Assembly (NCBI GenBank): GCA_964354345.1
Contig: CAYGZL010000106.1
Location: 6,170 to 70,169 of the forward strand
DNA: 64,000 nt
Source of the DNA: an uncultured Anaerolineaceae bacterium
Lineage (GTDB): Bacteria > Chloroflexota > Anaerolineae > Anaerolineales > UBA4823
Direction: 5' to 3'
The notes under the pieces were generated by a model. The model did no database searches. It had not been told where the DNA came from and saw only the letters and a program-made list of their open reading frames with translations. This document shows positions 56,004 through 64,000 of this stretch, in pieces. The position numbers and the translations under genes were made by a program. Numbering within the stretch: position 1 is the stretch's first letter; every line of letters begins with the position of its first letter.

Positions 56004-57232
56004 AGGTAACCTGGAATTACCCCGCAGGTGGCTCGGACTTCCGGCAGGATGTCCAGCGTGAGGTCCTTGAAAATATCCTGCCCTTTTGGATACGCGCCGT
56101 TGATCATGAGAATGGCGGTTTTTACGGCGAGGTATCAGCGGAAGGGATACCTCAACCGCTGGCAGCCAAAGGAGGCGTTCTGGGTAGCCGGATCGTGTGG
56201 ACCTTCGCCGCGGCATATTTAACCTTCGGCAAGCCGGAACATCTGCAAATAGCTCTGCATGCCTACCGCTTTCTGATCGAACACCTGTGGGATCCTGAAT
56301 ATGGTGGCATCTACTGGTTGGTTACTGCCCAGGGTCAGCCATTGGATGACAAGAAGCATGTGTATGCTCAATCTTTTGCCATATATGGCCTGGCGGAGTA
56401 TTACCGGGCGACTCACGCCAAAGAAGCCTTAGATCTGGCGATCCGGCTCTTTGAAACACTTGAGGTTCACGCTCACGACGATTTACATGGTGGGTATATG
56501 GAGACGTTTTCCCGCGCCTGGGAGCTGGCGCAGGATTTCCGGCTGGCGGAAGGTGAAGCCAACGAAGCCAAATCCATGAATACCCACCTGCATCTGCTCG
56601 AGGCGTATACTGCCCTGGCAAGGGTGTGGGATGATTCCCGTTTGAGGCTGCGTTTGAATGAGTTGTTAGAGGTATTTCTGGATCATATCATTGACTCACA
56701 CTCCCATCACTTCATCTTGTTCTTCGATGAGCTCTGGAATCCCCGTTCCGAAATAATCTCCTTCGGTCACGATATCGAGGGCAGCTGGTTGCTGGTCGAA
56801 GCAGCAGAGGTTGTTGGCGATCCAGTGCTCCTGACGCGGGTAAAAAAGACCGCGTTACTGATGGTCGAGGCGGTTTATTCACAAGGTTTGGATGACGATG
56901 GGGCGATTTTATACGAAGCTGTCCCCCAAGGAACAGAACTTTTATTTAATAATGATCAGAAAGACTGGTGGCCGCAAGCCGAAGCTGTGGTCGGTTTTCT
57001 GAATGCCTGTGAATTGGTCGGCGTCGACACCCTCAAAGAGAAATACTGGCAAGCATCGCAAAATGCCTGGCGGTTCATTCAGGAGTACCTGGTTGATCGC
57101 CAGCATGGCGAGTGGCTCTGGGGAGTTACTCGCCAGAGAGAGCCGATCCGCCGCGCGTTGGTGGATTTTTGGAAGTGTCCATATCACAATAGCCGGGCTT
57201 GTTTCGAAGTGTACCGGAGATTGAAAAGGTAA
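56000..57232 (+). CDS. N-acylglucosamine 2-epimerase (AGE) superfamily protein (cellobiose/mannose 2-epimerase-like)
   Basis: [17 protein letters not shown].., (alpha/alpha)6 repeats, and [13 protein letters not shown] overlap with the upstream gene. Confidence 0.8.
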   Translation: MKVTWNYPAGGSDFRQDVQREVLENILPFWIRAVDHENGGFYGEVSAEGIPQPLAAKGGVLGSRIVWTFAAAYLTFGKPEHLQIALHAYRFLIEHLWDPEYGGIYWLVTAQGQPLDDKKHVYAQSFAIYGLAEYYRATHAKEALDLAIRLFETLEVHAHDDLHGGYMETFSRAWELAQDFRLAEGEANEAKSMNTHLHLLEAYTALARVWDDSRLRLRLNELLEVFLDHIIDSHSHHFILFFDELWNPRSEIISFGHDIEGSWLLVEAAEVVGDPVLLTRVKKTALLMVEAVYSQGLDDDGAILYEAVPQGTELLFNNDQKDWWPQAEAVVGFLNACELVGVDTLKEKYWQASQNAWRFIQEYLVDRQHGEWLWGVTRQREPIRRALVDFWKCPYHNSRACFEVYRRLKR

Positions 57233-57236
57233 CAAA

Positions 57237-58058
57237 ATGCTGGGGAAGTCACTCCGCGAAGCGCTACATGCCGGGGATAGGGTGTATGGGACGCTGATCG
57301 TCTCGCCCTCCCCACGTTGGCCGGGGGCAGTGAACGCCCTGGATCTGGATTTTGTTTTCATTGATACAGAGCATGTCCCTTTGGATCGCTTTGAGTTGGC
57401 CTGGATGTGCCAGAGTTATTCAAGATTGGGGTTGGCGCCGGTGGTGCGTATTCCCAATCATGATCCCGACTGGGCGTGTATGGCCCTCGACGCCGGCGCT
57501 CAGGGGATCATCGCTCCCTATATCGAAACTCCGGAGCAGGTACGCGCCCTGGTCGGCGCGACCAGGTATCGACCTTTGAAAGGCAACCGGGTGCAGAAAA
57601 TCCTGGGAGAGATAGATTCCCCTGAACCGATGTTGGCTGAATATATATCAAGCTACAACACAGATAATGTCTTGATTGTCAACATCGAAAGTGTACCGGC
57701 GCTGCAGGCGCTGGATAATATCCTGGAAGTACCCGGATTGGATGCAGTGCTGGTTGGACCGCATGATTTATCCGCCAGCCTGGGCATTCCAGGACAGTAT
57801 ACCCATCCCCGCTTTATCCAGGCGGTGGACACTATCATTCAAAAGGCACGTTCCCGTGGAATTGGGGCAGGGATCCACGCCACGTTTGCCGGAGCGATCG
57901 AACAAGAAATTCGCTGGGCGGGGATAGGCGCAAACCTGATCATCCATCTGGCGGATATCATCGCTTTTCGCCACACGATGCAGCGCGATATCGAAACAAT
58001 CCGGACAGCGCTGGGTGATCCTGTCCGACCCCGTCAGACGGGTGCGATTGAGATTTAA
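57237..58058 (+). CDS. HpcH/HpaI-family 2-keto-3-deoxy-acid aldolase
   Basis: FVFIDTEHVP, VVRIP and IESVPALQALDNIL..DAVLVGPHDLS. Confidence 0.8.
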   Translation: MLGKSLREALHAGDRVYGTLIVSPSPRWPGAVNALDLDFVFIDTEHVPLDRFELAWMCQSYSRLGLAPVVRIPNHDPDWACMALDAGAQGIIAPYIETPEQVRALVGATRYRPLKGNRVQKILGEIDSPEPMLAEYISSYNTDNVLIVNIESVPALQALDNILEVPGLDAVLVGPHDLSASLGIPGQYTHPRFIQAVDTIIQKARSRGIGAGIHATFAGAIEQEIRWAGIGANLIIHLADIIAFRHTMQRDIETIRTALGDPVRPRQTGAIEI

Positions 58059-58061
58059 CCG

Positions 58062-59225
58062 ATGAAATATTATCAACACCTGGGGATTTATAGCGATTGG
58101 GTGGAAGCGGCGCTGCGACAGCAACCGCTTTATCCGTGGGCTGAGCCGGGAGTTGAAACCCGCCAGCGCTTCAAGGAAACCCTTGGTTTTTACCATGGGC
58201 CTGAAGTCCCGCGCAATGTTACCCGAGAACAGTATTGGGAGAAGGATGGCGTAGCTGGCGAGGAAGTGTCCTGGTGGGTGGGTTTCGGACCGCGCACCCA
58301 TGCTTACGTGCTGAAACCGGTTGGAGTGGCAGGTGCTCTACCGGGGATCCTGGCGTTGCACGATCACGGCGGGTTTAAGTTTTATGGCAAGGAGAAAATT
58401 GCTGATGGACCCGTAGACCCACTGCCGGTATTGGTCGAATATCGCCGTAACAATTACGGCGGTCGTGCTTATTGCAATGCCCTGGCGCAAGAAGGTTTTG
58501 TCGTGGTTGTCCACGATACCTTCCTGTGGGGTAGCCGTCGTTTCCCTATCTCGGATATGCCTCAGGGCATCCAGGACCTGGTTAAAATCGAGATGCAGGC
58601 CTGGCAATCCGATGGCGTCACGCCTTATGAGATCGCTGAATACCACCAGGCAGCCATGCATCATGAGCATTTGGTAGAGAAATACGCAAATCTGCTTGGT
58701 ACAACCATGGCAGGGGTGGTCTGTTACGAAGATCGGATCGCTTTGAATTACCTGCTTACCCGACCGGATATACTTGCAGATCGGATCGCCTGCATGGGAT
58801 TATCAGGCGGTGGAAACCGCGCGGCCATGCTGCTGGCGACCCACGACGGGATTCAAGCAGCAGTGATTGTTGGCCTGATGTGCACCTATCCAGGTTTGCT
58901 GGATCATAACGTGCAGAGCCATACCTGGATGTTATTCCCACACGGCTGGGCGTGTTATGGCGATTGGCCGGATGTGGCGGCATCTCGGGCGCCATTGCCG
59001 TTACTGGTGCAGTACGACATGGAAGATGATTTGTTCCCGTTAGAAGGGATGCGCGCAGCCCATGAACGCGTGCAAACCCATTACCGCAAGGTTGGAAATC
59101 CAGATGCATATACCGGGCAGTTCTATCCTGGTCCACATAAATTCGACCTGGAAATGCAGCGTGCCGCGTTTGATTGGTTAGGAAAAACGATTCAAACCGG
59201 GGTGAAGAAGGAGTTTTTGAAATGA
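58062..59225 (+). CDS. Alpha/beta hydrolase (dienelactone hydrolase / esterase-like)
   Basis: LALHDHGG and nucleophile elbow GLSGGG. 387 aa, no signal peptide. Confidence 0.65.
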   Translation: MKYYQHLGIYSDWVEAALRQQPLYPWAEPGVETRQRFKETLGFYHGPEVPRNVTREQYWEKDGVAGEEVSWWVGFGPRTHAYVLKPVGVAGALPGILALHDHGGFKFYGKEKIADGPVDPLPVLVEYRRNNYGGRAYCNALAQEGFVVVVHDTFLWGSRRFPISDMPQGIQDLVKIEMQAWQSDGVTPYEIAEYHQAAMHHEHLVEKYANLLGTTMAGVVCYEDRIALNYLLTRPDILADRIACMGLSGGGNRAAMLLATHDGIQAAVIVGLMCTYPGLLDHNVQSHTWMLFPHGWACYGDWPDVAASRAPLPLLVQYDMEDDLFPLEGMRAAHERVQTHYRKVGNPDAYTGQFYPGPHKFDLEMQRAAFDWLGKTIQTGVKKEFLK

Positions 59226-60304
59226 AGAAAGTTGTTACCTTTGGTGAAATAATGATGCGTCTGGTTCCGCCTGGTTTCTTGCGCTTCACTCAGGCGCGTT
59301 CATTCGAGGTAGTGTATGGCGGTGGCGAGGCGAATGTGGCAGTCTCGCTGGCGAATTTCGATATGCCAGTGGATTATGTCACCCGGCTGCCCAGGAATGA
59401 CCTGGGCGAGGCCTGCCTGCAGTACCTGCGCCAATACGGTGTTGGCGTGGGGAAGATCGTGCGCGGCGGCGATCGCCTGGGGATATATTTCATGGAGAAT
59501 GGCGCTGTGCAGCGCGCCAGCAAGGTGGTTTATGACCGGGCGAACTCAGCCCTCGCGACCATCCAGCGCGGGATGATCGATTGGAAGGCAGTCTTCACGG
59601 ACATCGATTGGTTCCACTGGACGGGGATTACCCCGGCAGTTTCGCAAGGGGCAGCCGAAGTATGCCTGGAAGCTCTCCAGGTTGCCAAAGAGTTGGGGCT
59701 AACCATCTCTTGCGACTTGAACTACCGGAAGAACCTTTGGAAATGGGGGAAAAAAGCTGGCGAGGTGATGCCGGAACTGGTTAGTTATTGCGACGTGGCT
59801 GTTGGAAACGAAGAAGACGCCGATAAAGTCTTCGGCATCAAAGCCCCCGCGGTAGATGTGCTGGCAGGTAAAGTAGATGCGAGCCAATATCGCCATGTGT
59901 GCGAAGCTCTGGCGCAGCGCTTTCCGCAACTGAAAACGATCGCGATTACCTTGCGGGGTTCGGTTTCCGCCAGCCATAATACCTGGTCGGGTGTGTTGTG
60001 GCATCAGTCTGGTGTGTTCTATGCTGCTCCGCTTTATGACATTACCCATATCGTTGACCGGGTCGGCGGGGGGGATGCGTTTGTTGGTGGATTGATTTAT
60101 GGTTTACGCACCTACCGTGACGAATCTTCAGGACATGCTGTTGGCTTGCCTTCTGCGGAGAACTGCGACTACCAAAAAGCGCTAAACTTCGCCGTAGCAG
60201 CCTCGTGCCTGAAACACACCATCATCGGTGACTTCAACCTGGTCAGTGTGGCTGAAGTTGAAAGCCTGATGGGCGGAGACGCTTCCGGTCGTGTCTCGCG
60301 CTAA
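59222..60304 (+). CDS. kdgK: 2-dehydro-3-deoxygluconokinase (PfkB family)
   Basis: MKKVVTFGEIMMRL..GGGEANVAVSLA N-terminus and DRVGGGDAFVGGLIYG signature. ATGA overlap with the upstream gene. Confidence 0.8.
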   Translation: MKKVVTFGEIMMRLVPPGFLRFTQARSFEVVYGGGEANVAVSLANFDMPVDYVTRLPRNDLGEACLQYLRQYGVGVGKIVRGGDRLGIYFMENGAVQRASKVVYDRANSALATIQRGMIDWKAVFTDIDWFHWTGITPAVSQGAAEVCLEALQVAKELGLTISCDLNYRKNLWKWGKKAGEVMPELVSYCDVAVGNEEDADKVFGIKAPAVDVLAGKVDASQYRHVCEALAQRFPQLKTIAITLRGSVSASHNTWSGVLWHQSGVFYAAPLYDITHIVDRVGGGDAFVGGLIYGLRTYRDESSGHAVGLPSAENCDYQKALNFAVAASCLKHTIIGDFNLVSVAEVESLMGGDASGRVSR

Positions 60305-60325
60305 TTAATCTTAGGAAGGTAATCT

Positions 60326-62098
60326 TTGAAACCGTTTCAACTTATCCTTAAATACGCTAAAAACTACCGCCTGGTGTTAGGGATTACCGCGATCAGTATG
60401 CTGGTCCTGGTTGGCTTACAGTTAATGATCCCGTGGATTGTTAAAATATTAATCGCAGCGGTTACTGTGCCGACTCCAGCTCCAGAAACACTGGTACTGA
60501 TCACCCGCCTGGCAGTAATCGTGTTGATTGTTTACATCGCTCGCGCCGGCTTACAGTTTGTCCGCTCCTACATGGCGCACCTGGCAGGTTGGGGGGTAGT
60601 GGCCGATGTGCGTAAGTATATCTATGATCACCTGCAGCGGCTCTCGCTGCATTACTATGAAGATAAGCAAATCGGTCAGCTGATGTCAAATGTGATCAAT
60701 GATACCGACTTGTTTGAACAGTTTATCTCCCACGCTATTCCAGATGTTATCGTGAACCTGATCACCTTAACCGGTGTAACGGCAGTTCTGCTCAGTTTGA
60801 ACTGGCAACTGACTCTGCTGAGCACGATTCCCATCCCATTGGTAATTATATCGCTGCGGATTTATGCGCGTTTTGTACGACCAGCATTTCGGCGTCGCCA
60901 GAAGGAATTGGGTGATTTAAATGCTTTGCTCAACGACAACCTGTCAGGCATCCGTGAGATCAAAGCTTTCACCCGCGAGGAGTTGGAAGCGGGGCGGGTC
61001 AGCAAAGGGATTGATAATTACCGCAACTCGCTGCTCAGCGCCTTGCGCTTGATGGCCACCTTCCAGCCGTTCGTGGATTTTACCTCCTCGCTCGGTAACC
61101 TGATCGTCATTTATTTTGGAGGACGGCTAGCCTGGTCGGGAGTCTTACCTGTCTCAGACCTGGTTGCCTTTTTCCTTTATCTTGAGATGTTCTACCAACC
61201 TGTGCGTAGTCTGAGCAGCGCCTGGGAGGCGGTGCAGGGATCACTGGCAGGCGCAGACCGGGTGGCAGATTTACTCAGCGAAAAGCAAGAACCGCACAAC
61301 CTCCCTGGCGCGATTACGGTACCCGGCCGTGTTCAGGGCGCTTTACAGTTCCAGAATGTGAGTTTTGATTATTCTCCCGGAACCCCTGTGCTGGAGAATA
61401 TCAACCTGTCAATACCGGCTCACCAGGTGATTGCCCTGGTTGGACCAACCGGGGTGGGGAAATCTACCCTGGTCAGCCTGATCCCCCGTTTCTATGATGT
61501 TGGCTCAGGAGTGATTACCCTGGATGGTCATGATCTTCGCGACTACACCCTGGATAGTTTACGCCAGCAGATCAGCATCGTTTTACAGGATGTTTTCCTG
61601 TTCTATGGTTCAGTGCGGGAAAATATCTTATTTGGACGTCCGAATGCAACCGAAACGGAGATGATCGCCGCCTCCAAAGCCGCCAACGCCCACGAATTCA
61701 TTATGCAGCTTTCCAACGGTTACGATACCCAGATCGGAGAACGCGGTGTTAAACTGTCGGGTGGTCAGAAGCAGCGCCTATCGATTGCACGTGCATTGCT
61801 CAAGGACGCCCCTATTTTGATCCTGGACGAAGCGACCTCCTCGGTGGATACGGAAACCGAGCTGTTAATCCAGGAAGCGTTGGAACGGCTCATGCAGGGA
61901 CGCACGACGATTATCATCGCCCACAGGCTGTCCACGGTGCGCAATGCCGATCAAATTGTTGTCTTAGAAGACGGTCGCATTCGTGAGATTGGCAATCATG
62001 AAAAGCTCATGCAGCAGGAAGGGCTGTATTATCGCCTCTATACCGCTCAACGGAAAGTAGAGCCGGTGTTTGCCTCGAATGGAGAACCGCTGTCATAA
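60326..62098 (+). CDS. ABC exporter, fused permease-ATPase half transporter (MsbA/MdlB type)
   Basis: Six N-terminal TM segments. Walker A GPTGVGKST, signature LSGGQKQR, Walker B ILILDEATSSVD. TTG start lies 7 nt after GGAAGG. Confidence 0.88.
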   Translation: MKPFQLILKYAKNYRLVLGITAISMLVLVGLQLMIPWIVKILIAAVTVPTPAPETLVLITRLAVIVLIVYIARAGLQFVRSYMAHLAGWGVVADVRKYIYDHLQRLSLHYYEDKQIGQLMSNVINDTDLFEQFISHAIPDVIVNLITLTGVTAVLLSLNWQLTLLSTIPIPLVIISLRIYARFVRPAFRRRQKELGDLNALLNDNLSGIREIKAFTREELEAGRVSKGIDNYRNSLLSALRLMATFQPFVDFTSSLGNLIVIYFGGRLAWSGVLPVSDLVAFFLYLEMFYQPVRSLSSAWEAVQGSLAGADRVADLLSEKQEPHNLPGAITVPGRVQGALQFQNVSFDYSPGTPVLENINLSIPAHQVIALVGPTGVGKSTLVSLIPRFYDVGSGVITLDGHDLRDYTLDSLRQQISIVLQDVFLFYGSVRENILFGRPNATETEMIAASKAANAHEFIMQLSNGYDTQIGERGVKLSGGQKQRLSIARALLKDAPILILDEATSSVDTETELLIQEALERLMQGRTTIIIAHRLSTVRNADQIVVLEDGRIREIGNHEKLMQQEGLYYRLYTAQRKVEPVFASNGEPLS

Positions 62099-62256
62099 TC
62101 AGGGTGATGCAGACCCGCACTGTGAGTCGGCTACGCCCTAACGAAAATAATTATAAGATGGAAAGATCAGGCAGCGGCCAGTTGAACTCGATCTCGGCCG
62201 AAATCCAGGAGCTGAACAAGCCCATCAAAGCAGGTTTGATAATATGCTGGCGATGT

Positions 62257-63699
62257 CTATTTATTTAAGAATTGTTGGTATCGTTCTTCCCATTGGGAAC
62301 CTGGGTGGGGTCCATACTGCTGAATAGAGCAGCCGCTGGCGATAATCTGACGTCCTTCTGACAGGTCTCGGATTTCACCCAGGGTGATCAGTTGCACGAG
62401 TGCATTGCCGAGAACGGTAGCTTCAACCGGACCGGCCAACACGGGACGACCGGTAGCATCGGCGGTCAACTGGTTGAGCAGCGCATTTTGGCTGCCGCCG
62501 CCTACGATATGGATCGTCTCAATGCTTCGTCCCGCGAGTTGCTTCTCGGCATCCAACACCTTTCGGTAGGTGAATGCCAGGCTTTCCAGGACACAGCGCA
62601 GGATTGCACCCTTGCTTTGTGGGATGGGCTGGTTATGTTCCAGGTTCCAGGACTGAACCCGGTTGGGGTGGTCGCCTGGGCTGAAGAACAGCGGGTTGTC
62701 TGGTTCGATCCATCCACCCGTCGATTTCTCTTGTGCAGCCATCGTTACTAGCTCACTATAGCTGTACGCCTCGCCCTGGGCGGCCCAATAGGCGCGGCAT
62801 TGTTGGACGATCCACAATCCCATCACGTTTTTCAGCAAGCGCACCGTGCCATAGACGCCGCCTTCATTGGTCACATTGGCTTTCCGGGCTGCCTCGCTCA
62901 GGATGGGTTTGGGAACTTCCAGGCCGACCAGGCTCCAGGTACCACTGCTGATATAACCAAAATTAGCTTCCAAGGCGGGAACTCCAGCTACTGCGCTGCC
63001 AGTGTCGTGGGTAGCGGGGGCGATCACAGGGATGCCGCGGTACTCGCCCAGGCGTGTGCCAGGAGGAACGATCTCAGGGAAAATGCTGGTGGGGAGGCCC
63101 AGGCGTTCTTGCAGCCCGGTTGCCCAGCCGCCCGTACGCGCATCGAGCATCTGCGTGGTAGTTGCTTCAGTATATTCGCATACTTTGGCGCCGGTCAGCC
63201 AGTAATTAATCAAATCGGGTACAGTCAGAAATGTGTGGGCGATCTGGAGCTGGGGCGAGCCAGCTTCCACCAGGCTGAGCATCTGGTACAGAGTGTTTAG
63301 CCGGATGAACTGGATACCGGTGATGGCGAATATTTCGGATGGAGTGACACGGCTGAAAGCCAGCTCCATCATCTTGTCCGTGCGTTCATCCCGGTAATGC
63401 ACCGGATTACCGATCAGGTTGCCTTGATGATCGAGTAATGCAAAATCAACCCCCCAGGTATCGACGCCCAGGCTGGCAGGCTGGAGGGCGATGCCTTTCT
63501 CGATGCCGACCTGGATTTCCGACCACAGACGAAGGAAGTCCCAGTAAAAGGTGCCACGGATGGTGACCGGTCCATTTGGAAAGCGGTGCAACTCTTCGGT
63601 GCGCAGGGCCTTCCCATCGAAGTGAACTGCCATCACGCGTCCGGACTCAGCGCCCAGGTCAACTGCTAGGGTGGTGATATTTTTATTACTTCTGTCCAT
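62257..63699 (-). CDS. rhaB: Rhamnulokinase (FGGY family)
   Basis: LAVDLGAESGRVM..LHRFPNG..YWDFLRLWSEI resembles the E. coli RhaB N-terminus. Located directly downstream of rhaA. Confidence 0.85.
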   Translation of the reverse strand: MDRSNKNITTLAVDLGAESGRVMAVHFDGKALRTEELHRFPNGPVTIRGTFYWDFLRLWSEIQVGIEKGIALQPASLGVDTWGVDFALLDHQGNLIGNPVHYRDERTDKMMELAFSRVTPSEIFAITGIQFIRLNTLYQMLSLVEAGSPQLQIAHTFLTVPDLINYWLTGAKVCEYTEATTTQMLDARTGGWATGLQERLGLPTSIFPEIVPPGTRLGEYRGIPVIAPATHDTGSAVAGVPALEANFGYISSGTWSLVGLEVPKPILSEAARKANVTNEGGVYGTVRLLKNVMGLWIVQQCRAYWAAQGEAYSYSELVTMAAQEKSTGGWIEPDNPLFFSPGDHPNRVQSWNLEHNQPIPQSKGAILRCVLESLAFTYRKVLDAEKQLAGRSIETIHIVGGGSQNALLNQLTADATGRPVLAGPVEATVLGNALVQLITLGEIRDLSEGRQIIASGCSIQQYGPHPGSQWEERYQQFLNK

Positions 63700-63713
63700 G
63701 ATTGGATCTCGGA

Positions 63714-64000
63714 TCAGATACGTTTTGATAACTCAGTCTTCTCGTAATCCTGGATTTCATCTACTACTGCACTTCCCAGCGGAACATTCTGCTGTAAACA
63801 GAAGAAATCCCAGACCGCGCCAGACGGCAATCCTTTTAGCTCTTCCAGGTAAAACAGACGTTGGGTGTAGTCTCCGGCGGCTTCAAACCGGCGCAGCATC
63901 TCATGGGGTTCGAGCAGGGCATTGAGCAACGCTCGTTGTGAGCTGCGTGCACCGATCACCCAGGCCGCGATGCGGTTGATGCTGGCATCGAAGTAATCCA
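63714..64000 (-). CDS. rhaA: L-rhamnose isomerase, C-terminal fragment (continues beyond the window)
   Basis: Translation DYFDASINRIAAWVIGARSSQRALLNALLEP..AAGDYTQRL..EELKGLPSGAVWDFFC matches the RhaA C-terminus as I recall it from E. coli. Confidence 0.85.
   Translation of the reverse strand, partial: DYFDASINRIAAWVIGARSSQRALLNALLEPHEMLRRFEAAGDYTQRLFYLEELKGLPSGAVWDFFCLQQNVPLGSAVVDEIQDYEKTELSKRI

Noticed and set aside
62158-62268. 37-codon ORF (MERSGSGQLNSISAEIQELNKP..) in the convergent gap between the ABC exporter and rhaB.
   Set aside because: It has no Shine-Dalgarno sequence and runs into the 3' end of rhaB on the opposite strand. There are no recognisable features. It could at most be a decayed remnant, which I cannot show.

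Overview
This 64-kb chromosomal segment holds about 55 intact CDS. I saw no rRNA, tRNA, CRISPR array, transposase, integrase or prophage genes. Bases 1-14.8 kb are housekeeping: mtnA / PfkB kinase / ahcY, recA with a Cheo-type SOS box, degV, ffh-rpsP-KH-rimM, dprA-topA, greA and an HD dGTPase-like gene. From 14.8 kb to the end the window is almost continuous glycan and sugar-acid utilisation. First comes a 16-kb, 14-gene minus-strand array: SDR, B12-type radical SAM, CE7 esterase, Tat-DUF362, ManD-type dehydratase, FGGY kinase, two class-II aldolase-fold genes, GH51, a GH35-like gene, a GHMP kinase and a nucleotidyltransferase. It is followed by a family-5 ABC importer, a cytoplasmic 862-aa unknown protein and a MacB/HlyD-type exporter. 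Then come a ThuA/Gfo-Idh-MocA operon, a GH29 fucosidase, an eda..kdgK operon, an ABC exporter and rhaB-rhaA. The Tat-lipoprotein style and the gene content suggest a saccharolytic monoderm, possibly Chloroflexota-like, but that is a guess. Nothing matches a known defence island or biosynthetic cluster, and no classical transcription factor is visible. The most interesting items are these. (1) A HlyD / double-FtsX / two-ATPase exporter: one ATPase has an AbrB/SpoVT-like C-terminal domain and the other a 4x tandem hexapeptide tail encoded by an 18-bp repeat. (2) An SDR / class-B radical SAM / small membrane protein trio heading the glycan array. (3) An AATTGATA octamer recurring 29-43 nt upstream of four glycan gene starts, once as a perfect 12-bp palindrome. 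(4) An AT-rich 862-aa orphan enzyme-like gene. All functional calls come from motif recognition by eye and need HMM or structure searches.
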